Source of the DNA: Bigelowiella natans CCMP2755
Taxonomy: Eukaryota; Protista; Cercozoa
Direction: 5' to 3'
Length of the DNA stretch: 64,000 nucleotides
NCBI GenBank assembly: GCA_000320545.1
Contig: ADNK01001384.1
Span: 1-64,000 of the forward strand
In this document: positions 1-12,100 of the stretch, piece by piece
How the letters are laid out: each line of letters begins with the position of its first letter
How positions within the stretch are numbered: the stretch's first letter is position 1
Notes under the pieces: generated by a model
Told to the model about the DNA's origin: nothing
Databases searched by the model: none
Seen by the model: the letters and a program-made list of their open reading frames with translations, nothing else
Translations under genes and position numbers: made by a program

Positions 1-812
1 ATGCGCGCATGCGTGCGTGTGTGTGTGCGTGTGTGTTTGTGATGCGTAGTAGTGAATCTTCTATAATTGCACGAGATACAGCATTTCCTCTTCATCGCCT
101 CTCTCTTCGTTTCTTCCCAATTGATTAAGCCATATAGCCCCCCCCCCCCCCCCCCCACTACCATCACTACCACATAACAGCCAGTAAAAACGGGGAAAAA
201 ACCCCCTCTTTCCCTTTTCGGGCTGGGGGCCTTTTCCTCCAAAGATCCAGCACACCCAAACAAAACTGCTCCTGATTGGATTTGTTGTTCGTGGTGGGTT
301 GCTGTTACTGTACCCGACGAGATGCCGATGATGATGATGATTATGATCATGGTGGCTCGACTCAATTGATTCTGCTTGCTGTCTATATTGCATATCCGTC
401 TGCCTTCTTCTTATGATGATGATAATGATGATGATGCTGCTGGTGGTGGTGCTAGTGGAAATGCTGATGACGATGGCGTTTGGCAATATACACACACCTG
501 GCCAAAGACCGCAGCGCGGTATCGAAAGAAGAGAACCTGTGACGTATGGCGATTACTATCACGATCTACACCCTCCCGGGTTCATCGTGGACTTTGTTTT
601 CAAACAGGATATACCACACATAATATCATTTGGTGTATATTTAATAGTAGAGCATAATCAAGGACGTAGTTTGGCCTTCATCGGTTTCCTGAAGGTAATA
701 GTGGTGGTGGTGGTGGTTGCTCCCCCTCCCCCCCCCCTCTCTCTCTCTCTCTCTCTTAATGACATCATCTCTTCCCACTCATGCATCATAGGACTGTTGT
801 TGTTCTTCTTCT

Positions 813-844
<32 letters not shown>

Positions 845-2267
845 TTCTTCTTCTTTATGATGACGAATCTTGCGTTATCGTCGTTGGTTTCGTGTACATG
901 TACGGCGCCGTGTAAGAACGCTGCGGCTGTCCATGCCTGGTTGCACAGGAGGATGAGAAAGCGGGGCGGGGGGGAGAATTTTTTTCTTTCGCTGTATCGT
1001 TGTACTTAACCTCTCGTCATCTGCTGATTGGGCTGGTGTAACGTCTCACAAGCAGCAGTCTTATGAAGAACATACCTTTGCTTGATTCGGTCTCGGCGTA
1101 TAGCCAATGATGTCGTGCCCTTGTGCACCGATCAACTGCTCAGCGATCATCATGCCGTGGAGCTGCTGCTTTTGCTGCTCTGTGCTTGCGCTCGTGCTCT
1201 TGCTGCGGCTGCCCCAGCCGCGAACCTATTTTCCAGGGTAATGTATTTGTGGAGGCAAGGTGATGATGGTGATGGTGATGGTGATGGTGATGATGATGCG
1301 TAGAAATTATTAGCGAAGACAATGACCGTATCGAGCGATAAGGCCACGGTAGAAGGAAACGGAGCAGCCGTGGAATCTCCCCACACAGGGTAGTTGTCGT
1401 AGGCCTTTTTAGTGATGATGGTGATGATGATGACGATGATGATGATGATGATGATGATGATGCGAGGCCATCAAGCACCATAGGTGGGAGTGAGCTTTTT
1501 GAACCGTAAGAATGGGCGGCGACAATCAGGGGAGTTAAAGTGCGAGTTATTCTCCTCCCCCCCTCCCACGCCCTTTGTGCTATCCAACTTACCGGGAAGT
1601 CCATCCCAGCAAATAGGGGGTTGGGGTCAATTCCCTTGTCCCAAAACTGAAGGAGAGGGGGGGGGGGGGGTAAGAGGTTGGAGGAGCGGACGCAACCATT
1701 GGGCAGGAACGACAAACATGGGAGGGGGTGATATGACGTGGAATTAACGCGAGATCATCATGTTGCGGTTTATAAGGACTACTGCGGGATCATTAATGGT
1801 TGTGGTGATTATATATGTATATAATATATATATATATATGTATTTATATATTCTATCATATCCACGCACCCCTCCTGGGGCATTCGTCGTTACTTTCCCT
1901 TTCACTCCGTAGCTTCGGAGTATGTCAACCTTAGTGAACACGACAGCAGTGATTTACATCTATCAACTTTTTGTGGGGGGGGGGGAGGGGATCATGCTGC
2001 TTCATTCTCATCGTTGCTTGCAGCGTGAAAACACAATCAAACATCAAATATATAGCCGGCTGAAGAGGCATGTAAAGCAGCACTCTCCCACCCCTCCTCC
2101 TCCTCCTCCTACTCCTCCTGCATAAGGCGATTATTGGCTTTACTTGCATCTTTGCGAATTTGGTGATAGAGTCGCGGCGAAATCTTCTAAAGTCGAGAAG
2201 CATGCCTGGACTCATATTGGACCGCCACCTACTCAACCCCACGCGCACAAACACACACGCACGCAAG

Positions 2268-2305
<38 letters not shown>

Positions 2306-3830
2306 TGGAAAGAGAAGAAAGAGAGACACGCAACATTCATCATCATCATCACAGCGCACACACGCATCTTGCACAGAAAACAGAGAGAGGCCCGAGAGAG
2401 ACATCCCCGACAACGTATCATTATCTCATCATCACCCTCATCATCACCCTTCATTTGGCCTCTTTGCGGTGCCTGGGACTGTGTAGAGAGGCAGTCCGAT
2501 CTCCGAGAAATCGCCGTACAACGCGGACCAGAACACTGTTCCCCAACCTCTATTCAGCTCGCCGATGTCATTGTCGTACCTAAGGGAAGATCAACAGAGA
2601 TCAGCTCTCTTAGAGCCGGATTCTCAATAAAACGATTCTCTCCTATCCTCGCTTCTCCTAGACTAGTGAGGCAGTTGTAGCGTGAGCGGTGGTATCGTCC
2701 ATGACGACCAAATGGTGAGATTGTGGCGGAGCAGTGGCAAGGAAGTAGTTACAGACAAACCTGTTCCGAAGCCATAGGCGCCATTCCTTGAGAGATGCTG
2801 CCGACATGTCCACATCACTGCCTTCGTGTCCTAATCGTTATTATACATCGATGTTTATTGGCTACAATCATCAGTCATCATCATCATCATCAACAACAAC
2901 ATATCATCATCACCACCATCATCATGTATTGATGCGAAGAGCATCAACGCTAATAGCGCAACACCGACATCGTCGTGACGATAAATGGCACCAGGATCTA
3001 TTGTTTATACCCTGATTTCTATAGTTTCCCTGTGTCTAGTTTTTTTTTGCTTCTTCTTCGAATTGAGATGTGTTGTGCGCTTCTATTCTGCTATTCTACT
3101 TCGTTCCACCACCTAGCTCGTTGTCCACTTGCCACACCACGATGCTCTCGCGCTTGCCGTATCTGAATTTGGAGAAGGCGGTGATGAGCAAAGAGAACCA
3201 TTTGTTATTCAGCATTGCTCGGGCGAGCGGTGTTCCGTTCGTTTGTGTTGAGTTGAGCTTTCCCCCACCTCTCCGCAAGCTTAGAGACGACTCTGGCAGA
3301 AAAGTTTCGATATACCTGCAACAATATATACGTGTAAAACCGACCGTGTGTGTAACTTCTTCTACTCCTCCAATGTAGCTGCGACATGTTTCAAGTTAGA
3401 AAAGCCAAACTTCTGAATTGAAGGAATACTGCCGTCGCCCTCCAAAGCTCGCAGGCGCTCCACGGTAGCTGAGACCAATGGTTGGGGAGGGGTGCAGGGT
3501 TAGGTAGAAATATAGGTTGACACTCTATAGTGATGATGCGATGATTCGATATCCATTTCTGTTCAAGCGAAGAGACGAATATTTGGGATCTAGAAATCTA
3601 ACAGTTGTTGGCTCAGCTTAATTTTGTCGTTGTAGCAGCGGTACTGTTTCAATGTATATACCCCTCGGGCGAGTCTGGTCCACGTGATCGCACCTCTGGA
3701 TACGTCTGTACAAAGATATTAGTAATATTGAGAAGCTGAATGACCATGATCTTGCAATTACGAGTTTGCTTTTTATCATCAGCATCATCATGGTCTCTCA
3801 GTCCCCCCCCCCCCCTCTCTCTCTCTCTTT

Positions 3831-3883
<53 letters not shown>

Positions 3884-4485
3884 ATTTACACATTGACACA
3901 TATAATAATCCACACCGTGTAGAGCCAGGACGGCATCGTAGCCGTTGGAGTTCCTAGGTTCGAAAGCAGATCATAGTCAATATTCGATCGTTGTTCGTTT
4001 GCAGCATGTGGATTTCATCATAGTGAGAAGTTTGTCACCTAGCATGATATTAAGCCCGGAATTCTCCGCGCAATCTATAATTTTATCCAGAGTCTTAAAG
4101 TCAAAGATGCCCTCCTTTGGCTCCAGCATGCTACCATTTTTATTTGTCATTGAGAAAGATAAGGAATAAAATATCAATTCTTCGCTCCATTTCGAGTTTA
4201 AGAAATTATTTTAAAGAATACCCCCACATAAATTCCCCAATTCGGATTATATTTGCCCCAAGGTCCTTTTTTATCGCCAACATGTCGCTCTCCATTTCCT
4301 CCAGCGGCCATTGCTCCGGATAGTAGGCAACCTAATGAAGAGCAATCGGGTCAGATACTTCGAACATCCACGATGGTGAACCGACGTACCCCTAGGTGCA
4401 TCGCGCCAGCAACAGGCCAAATTCTGTGGCCGGCCATCACCACCATTGCCAGCATGAAGGCATACTGGCGGAGGAGAGGAACCAT
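1..4485 (-). CDS. GH42 beta-galactosidase with N-terminal signal-like peptide; at least 18 exons; 3' part probably runs off the window start
   Basis: Manual GT-AG splicing gives MVPLLRQYAFMLAMVVMAG...MHLG|VAYYPEQW...IIRIGEFMWG|MLEPKEGIFDF...|GTPTATMPSWL...|FGGRRQYSFNS...|IVVWQVDNELG|HEGSD...WLRNR|YDNDIGELNRGWGTVFWS...|LLDFRRF...|VTTNAPGG|FWDK...|AYDNYPVWG...|MIAEQLIGAQGHDIIGYTPRPNQAK|AW...HGAVH|VLFFRYRAAVFGQ|EQFC. These are the GH42 motifs in order, including the acid/base (DNE) and nucleophile (AEQ) glutamates. Sequence below about 270 looks error-prone. Confidence 0.92.
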
Positions 4486-4711
4486 GGGTGATTTGTAATT
4501 TATCTGCTCAACAGATGCGACATTAATTTATCGACATTTTATCGTGAAAACCTCCTACGTTTTCAATTCCGGGGAATGAAAAGTCGGCGTCCGAAGAAAT
4601 TTCCTTTATTTGTTTGCTGCGACTGTAAAAAAATGCGAATTTTGTTTAAGTTGTGTACCGGTAGTTATTCCTGGTATTCGCGATTCGCGAGCCAACACGA
4701 AGGAAGCTTGG
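4486..4711. promoter_or_regulatory. Short (~226 bp) bidirectional promoter between the GH42 and HD-like genes
   Basis: Divergent ATGs at 4485 (-) and 4712 (+). Confidence 0.55.
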
Positions 4712-5665
4712 ATGTGCACCAATCGAGTCCTGTTTTGTGCACTACCCTGTTTGGTGGTTGCCGTCGCGAACTTCCTCTTCCTCGTTGGCCCTTTTAGCGT
4801 TCCACAGGATGGCAACGCAGATATTCAGGTGCCGGGGTCACATTCCGTCGGGTAAGGGTGCGCTAATGGCGCCACTTGTGCTCATACCTCAGGTTATTAC
4901 CAGCAGTCCGGGAGTCGAGAAATACCTATCTCTCTACAAGGATCTGCTGGAGAATGATTATGAAGGTTACCGAGGTCACGTGTATCGTGTTCTTACTTAC
5001 ACGAATCACCTTCTTGGAGGCGACAAGACTCATCGCGATGCAATTGAGGCCGCGCTAGTTTTTCACGACATAGGGCTATGGACAGATGGAGGTGCCTCTA
5101 TTCCCTCATTTCTCCTTCCCTTTCTCGTCATTAATTACCTTCCGCCTCTGTACATCTTCATTGCTCTTGCGCGCCCTCTCTATCTCCGATATTTAAGACA
5201 ATAATCACCATTTATGTGATTGACTCTATGCTCTAATATCATCTCGCATAAGTGCATGTCTTTTGCGCTAAAGCATCATTTGTTTTATTAAACAAATATG
5301 TAGCCTTGGGATACCTTGAACCTTCCATAGAACGTGCAAAAGAAGTTCTGACAACCGAATTCTCGGGCGAGGAAATGGAAATGATTGAAGGCATAATCCT
5401 TTATCATCATAAGATCACCCCATATGTAGGGGAAGGCAACACAGATCACACGAAAGTGATCGACGCAGTTAGAAAAGCAGATTGGATTGATGCATCTATG
5501 GGTATGGTTCCAAAAGGAATAGCTAGGCCTAATATTGTTAAAACTGAAGCTTCTATTCCAAATGCTGGTTTCCACAACATTTTACGTGATTTCCTTCTGT
5601 TTCGTATTCGTGGATGGAATGTTCCGCTAGCTTTTTGGGAATTATCGTCCATTATGAAATTATAA
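4712..5665 (+). CDS. HD-domain-like metal-dependent hydrolase with N-terminal signal/TM segment; 3 exons (~4712-4828, 4892-5091, 5303-5665)
   Basis: Joins ORFs 4737..5204 and 5252..5665. Motifs YRGHVYRV, FHDIGLW, YHHKITPY, RKADWID and AGFH; hydrophobic N-terminus MCTNRVLFCALPCLVVAVANFLFLV. Confidence 0.75.
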
Positions 5666-5862
5666 TGTCACCAATTCTTCAACATTAGAGATCTTTACTT
5701 TGTATATTTGCATTGGGGCGCTCTAGTTGATGCAAGATTGCTCTCATCGCCATGCATGTGTCACTTTTTCAAAGTTGCTAATATGCATGCATGACGCATC
5801 TAAAATGCACACTGTGCGCGTGTGCACCGCGCACACACACTGTGTCGACTGTTAGTCTACAT

Positions 5863-5908
<46 letters not shown>

Positions 5909-6399
5909 ACACACATACACACATACAGATTTCATTCATTCATCAAGCAACAGTGAGACTTTAATCATGGCTGTGTCGTAGATTTATGCCTTGTTCTGCG
6001 CACAAGTGTAGCGTTCTCATCGAGAGACGCGCAGAGATTAATGCTACTCCAGTGCGTCATGTACATGCCATGTCCAATGTAGCTGTTGCCGCAGCCACCA
6101 ACAGTGCAGTGTATCGTAATCATAGCAGATGCCATGCTAGTATCGTATGCCCATTAGTTTGCAAGACTAGAAGAAATACATCGTGTTGATTGATCAAAAT
6201 CCATAGTAATACTTGTACATGGCAAAGAGAATGCATAATAATGATGAGTCTCGCTGGATGCGTACGTGCGTGCTTTTGCTGAAAGTTTACCGTGCACTCT
6301 CGAAAGAAAACACAGCCGATGTTTCTAACTTATCATTTAATTTAAGCCAGATAACATAAACAAAACAATTGAGGACTGAGGAGACAGTCCTAGAGCCGA

Positions 6400-8139
6400 T
6401 CTTTTCATGCTATTCCTCATGCATGCACTCGAGCACGCTTCACACTTTCATTCGTGTGGTTCTCAAGACAACGCTTTTTTGAATATTCCTTCAATCTACA
6501 TATATTCGCAAGAAGTCAGCAATGAAACAAGCAAGAAGTAAAATGTTTACATACTCGACTTCCTTCAGAGCAAGCTTCGTTTCCAACGCAGAAATACGTT
6601 CGCTCAATTTTGCGTTCTGAAATAAATTGAGTCATACTCGTAAGTTCGAAATTATGAGATTTATTTAAATGTTACTTCATACCAGATCCTTGTGCGACTT
6701 GATTTCTTTCGCAAGATTATCAATGTCATCTTTCACCTCATCTTTTTTCTGGTACGTATGTATAAAGTTCGTAAGTACTGATATGATAAGTAAAGACGGG
6801 AAAACAATACCTTGTAATCAATGAAGCTGTCCAGCACATGCCCAGAGTTTTGGATAAGTGGAAGATTACCCGCGTCTTTGGTCAGTTGGCTCTTTAAGTC
6901 GCCCTCAGAGATGCCATCGCGAATACTGCGCACGACGTGGCTAGGCGCAATGAAGACCTGAAGAAATATTCATCAGAGATAGAAATTCTATCAGGATGTC
7001 CTTTTTGCACCTCATCAACATCTTCGTGGACAGTCTTCGATCCATCACAAAGCTGCATCTCAAGAGCAGTGTTCTGCTTGAAGCACATAAGGCATCTAGA
7101 AATATGCCATTTAGTATCCGCATGCCAGAATACTTGCCCAGCAACTACAAATCCTTTGAGTTACATAGAAAAGTTGAGTGTCGTGTGGACCAACTGTTGT
7201 GTTGAAAGTGAATAACCTTTGAGATTGACCACAGATTCAGGAACTTCGCACAAAAGTGTTGGAATCTCGATACGACGCATCAGAGCGGTTCCCGTGCGAT
7301 CAGTGACAGTAGCACGAACATAAAGGGATCGATTGGATTTCTTCATGAGCTGAACAAAAGAAGGAATTCAAGAGCTGTCGATCAAACACTCCCAGCAAAA
7401 AAAGTGTACTCGTCCCATCTTCTTTGCCCAAATATGTTCCTTTGTTGTAATTGTTTTGTGGAGTTCTACAGGTATCCTCACCGTGGCTGGTACAGGGTAA
7501 AAGGGGATGTTGATGTGCTGAGGGGGGAGTCGAGTGGCCCACTGTGAAGGAGAAAAGTTGGGTACTCAACTTCAATCAATTTGCACTTGTGAGACACGCG
7601 AAAGATAATGTCGCGATGATGAAATTGAATGCCTTTCTAAGATGTGTGCGCTCAAAAAGACGAGAAGTTCTCTGTGGTGGCACGGGAACGGGTGCAAGTC
7701 TCCAGATCTGTTGAAATTAGCTAAACATAGCCTCGTTCTTACATTGATGAATGAAAAAAATCCAACTCGATGTGGAAAGAAAAGGGAGGTATTTTCAACA
7801 TACGACAATTCATTTGGGGCTGGACAAGGAGAAATGTCATAGTCATAGAAGAAAGCAAGAAAGTTCAGCTTTCGACGGGTGCCCCCGCATCGAAAAGCCA
7901 TGGGGTACCCCCTCAAATGACAGTCATTGGCACTGCAGTGTTGTGACGAAGAACAATAATAAATCGCCTGGACTAGTGTTGCATCTGCATCTGATCAAAC
8001 ACCGACAAATTAATCTACCGAAATGTTCTCCTGGTTCAAAATTGTCCTTGTTCGAGTTCTCGTCGTTGGAGACACAGTGGTCCCTCATCAAGTTTCTTTC
8101 TTCGGTTGCCAGATCAAGGATGTTTGAATCTGCATTCAA
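6400..8139 (-). CDS. Uncharacterised multi-exon protein, probably coiled-coil; boundaries approximate
   Basis: Chain of short minus-strand coding-like segments separated by GT..AG introns (MNADSNILDLATEERNLMR..., TVTDRTGTALMRRIEIPTLL..., RSIRDGISEGDLKSQLTKDAG). No recognisable domain. Confidence 0.4.
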
Positions 8140-8799
8140 GATTCAAAGTCACATCCGCCGAACTGGCAATGGGCGGGGGGGTTTTCGGTTGCGAGGGTGG
8201 TTTTTCCCCTCATCCCTGAACCACATTCCTGTTCACCGGTCTAGCGGTGGGGGCCAAAGCAATGTGGACTTTTTGCAGTCCACGCGTCCGTGCCATGCGC
8301 TGCTGGTTGGGCTGATCCGTGTGTGGCAGTGCTTACTCAGGAAAAACTGGACCGTGAAGTCATCGGCTGTGCATTGCTGAATCGCTAGCTAGCTGCTAGG
8401 TCGTGCGTTGAATCGAAGTTTGTTTCTCAAAAAAAACCCACGTTTGCAAGACTTGAAGCTTGCATTGCCAGAACTGGAGAACAACAGCATCGTTCGATGC
8501 ATCATTGCTTCGGGCTGGCGGGTTCGTTCGGACAATGAACGTGGAATGCGCTGTTCGGCGGCCTGCATGTGCACAACGCACACTTCGTTTGTTGAACGAC
8601 CAGTGATTGCTCTCGCATTGCCAGGCACTCTGTGATGTGCATCCAGCTAGCTCTGCAGCTAGCTAGCTAGTAGGTGCACATCACGCAAGTCAATGACAAT
8701 GAGGTCGATCTTTGGTGCAATCTTGAGCTCATGATGGACACCACGCAATGTTGCTGCATGCACACCATCACGTCTAGCTGTGTCCATTGTGCTCAGCAC

Positions 8800-9125
8800 T
8801 GTAGCGCGTACCACTACGCGGGCACAAGTCACGTGCGACAACAAAGGGGTTGTCGCGGATATAGAATATAGATAACGTAGATATTAATACAGCATAGGCA
8901 CGTGGGTTCCGGCGGGACTCATGGCAGCACACCGGAAGTGTGCTGCCCCACGTGCGGCGGCATTCGCGAAAGCTTCGCGAATGATTACGCAGTGCACGAT
9001 TTAATAAAAATATAATCTTTAATAAAAATAAACACAACTCTTCAAAAGGAAGCAAACGTGCCTTTCCCCCCCCCTGCCTACTTGTGCACGTAGCGCCTCG
9101 GCCTGTGAACACCTTACGCGCAACA
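8800..9125 (+). repeat. 5' LTR (326 bp)
   Basis: TGTAGCGCGTA...TACGCGCAACA, 11-bp imperfect terminal inverted repeat; matches 14190-14515. Confidence 0.97.
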
Positions 9126-9130
9126 ACCTT

Positions 9131-9153
9131 TGGCTTCCACACACGGGAAACGA
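9131..9153 (+). promoter_or_regulatory. Primer binding site, tRNA-Glu/Asp-like
   Basis: TGGCTTCCACACACGGGAAACGA starts 5 nt after the 5' LTR. Its reverse complement ends ...CCCGTGTGTGGAAG-CCA, like a tRNA T-arm/acceptor 3' end. The tRNA identity is inferred. Confidence 0.65.
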
Positions 9154-9164
9154 TTTGACTAACA

Positions 9165-12100
9165 ATGTCACAGCAGCTAGAAGAACAGCAGGACTTTGGC
9201 TCGCAGGCCGTGCAAGGGCACGAGCAGAAACAGGAAAGGAAGGGCGATACGGACGCTAAGGAAGGAGGAGGAACACCTCCACAGGCACCGCCGGGACCAG
9301 CACCCGGGATTAAGAAAGCAGATGCAGCAGCAGAGGCACTGGAGAACTTCTACGAGGCGGACGACGAGGACGTGGCCGCCGAAAGCAAGAAGGTCGTAAT
9401 GGCATTACGAGCCTTGCGACCCAGGGCGAGCAACTACGCCAAACTGAAAGTATCGATAGAATACAAGTATCAGACACATGATGTTTGGGCAGCTATCATG
9501 CAGGACATCATGGATTACGAAGCAGACTTACCTCCAGAGTGGGCAGCTTTGTTTAGGAACGACGGGGGTCTGGGCGCCTCGCGGGGGACGACCCAGAGCA
9601 CCGTCAAGCAGCAGCAGCCGGTACAGCGGAACACCCAGTTCATGTCTGTTAAAACAGCACCGGTTATGATAACGAAATACAACGGGAAAAGAGGTGAGGC
9701 AAGGAGGTGGTGGAAGAACGCTAGGAGTATACTCTGCGACTTTACCCCTAACCCCACCGAAAACGACAAGCTCAAATGGCTAGCTATAATAAAGCAAGCC
9801 ATGGACCTTTACGAGACAGGCAGGACCCGGATCAGGCAGCTAGAGAAAATACACACTACAGTTAGTGGGCTACGAGACGTTGAGGCGATAATGAAGGCTT
9901 TTGTAAATGAACAGGATGCTAACTCCCTACCCCAGGCTATTAGAAAATACAGAGCAATGATGCAGCATGAGAGAGAACCTGTTAGAGACTTTGCCACGCG
10001 CTTCCAGGATATGATCGACGAACTACATGATTTTAATTACAACACAGGTGATGATCAGGCAAGGTTTGAAGAGTTCAAGTTAAAGATAAAGGAATCCACT
10101 TACGTTACGGAGAAAGGCTACACCACGATGGAGGCAGCAGTGCAGGCTATATCCCTACGCGAGCAGGAGCAGGACCGCAAGTTTACCAGCCCTAAGGTAC
10201 CTGGCATAGGAAACATTAACGCTATTAAGCCGCAGCGAGACTGGTACAAGGACAGGGAAGGTAACCGACGTTGCGGATACTGCTCACGTAAAGGGAAACA
10301 CACCGCTAAAGACTGCAGAGACAGGAAAGAAGGACGACCCAGGATGACGATCAGGCAGCTCAACGAACACTACGAGAAGTTAAAGAGAAAGAAAGGCAGA
10401 GGACAAGGATATAACAACAGCAAATGGCAAGGCAGCAACAACGGGAAGAACAATAAATATAAGAACAAAAAGCAGAACAGTATCAATGCTATACAGCAGC
10501 AGATAAACGGAATATTAGATCACCTTAAGCAGGCGCCGACGAAGACAGCAGTACCAGCAACGCAGGACCAAGACAAGCCCATGACCCTAGACGACATAAA
10601 GAACTTAGGAGTATGCAACATTAATGACGAAGACGCTAACAGGACTATCAAAGTTGCTATGACCAAGGTTAAAGTTAAAGACAGCTACGGAGACTACAAG
10701 AAACTACCTGCCCTTTGGGATAGTGGCAGCATGCCGAAGTCCTTCATAAGCCTAAGCACAGTAAGAAGGTTAGGACTATTGGATCAAGTGACTAAGAAAG
10801 AACGTAAATATGCTCAAGCAGACGGAAGCTCTTCCATGAAGACCGTCGGTGAGCTAATGCTAAAGCTACAGATACCTGGCAGCGACGCGGAGACCCAAAT
10901 CAAGACCCGAGTAGCCATGACTTTATCCATGGAACTACTCCTCGGACAGGATGCCCTAGAAAAATTAGGGGGGATCATATCATTCTACAATCACAAGATA
11001 TACTTTGCTAAGTTGCCAAAGAAGTCAGGCAGGACCATCAGCCAGAACATGATACGGCTTGACGAGTGGACCTCTGAGTCAAGCGTTAATGCGTTAGAGT
11101 TTATGGACCTAGCGGACAACAAGCTACCTACACCTACCGAGCTACGGAAGAAGAACCCCGGCAAGACCATCCGACAGATAACGGAGCTACTGGACAAGAC
11201 CCCCCCAGCTGATGATTGGGATATCGACAAAGGCAAAAAGTACATTAATAAAATATTAAACGAGAAGTACTCTGACATCACCAAGCCGACGACGAAGCCC
11301 TCCAGCAAGCTTACCCCAGTAAAGATCGAGCTAAAGAAGGGATACGAAGAGTGCATCATCAATGACCCAGAACATAGGCGACCGGAAGCGGACTGGGAAA
11401 AGATAGAGTGGCAGATCAATGAATGGGCAAAGGAAGGGAAGATAGAGCCAAGCAACTCACCATGGAACGTGAGACATGTGCTAGCTAAGAAACCTACTTA
11501 CCCTTTCTTCCGCCTGGCGCACAACTTCATCCGCCACAACCGAGTAATAAAGAGGATCCAGACACCTACACCAAGGATAGATGACGTTATTGAACACGTC
11601 ATAGGATACAAATACTACTCTTCCCTAGATAAAAATGAATCATACATGCAGACACCCATCCACAAAACCTCCCGCCCCATTACCGCGTTCTCCAGCAGGC
11701 ACAGGAAGTGGCACTTCGTCGTATTCCCTTACGGCCTAAGCATATCAGGGGATGCGTTCAGTAGTCAGAACTACAGGGCATACACACATGATGGGATGGC
11801 GTCTGTGTTGTGGGTGTTTGTGTTTGTGTATGTGGATGATGACATAATATGTACCAACACAGTCGTCGCTCAGATCTTCCTCCTGGAAAATATATTTATT
11901 AGGTTTGCACACTTCGGTTTTACTATTAGACTGCAGAAGTGTACATTCCTAGCTACAAGAATCAAGTGGTGTGGATATTACCTGGAGCAAGGCCGCATCA
12001 CCCCAAACCCCGAGAAAGTAGCAGCACTACAGCAAGCCCCTAAACCTAAGAATGCAAAGGAGTTAAAGTCATTCTTGCAGACTGCAGCTTGGATACTACG

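Noticed and set aside
61-3957. Many ORF-track entries with poly-I/M/H/S/ER/TH runs
   Set aside because: They are translations of intronic microsatellites or the antisense strand of the spliced GH42 gene.
8890-8995. Hammerhead or other ribozyme in the LTR hairpin cluster
   Set aside because: No CUGANGA/GAAA core found on either strand by eye; kept only as a structured-RNA candidate.
8774-9142. Minus-strand 122-aa ORF duplicated at 14143..14502
   Set aside because: It is the LTR read antisense; the duplication is explained by the two LTRs and there is no protein motif.
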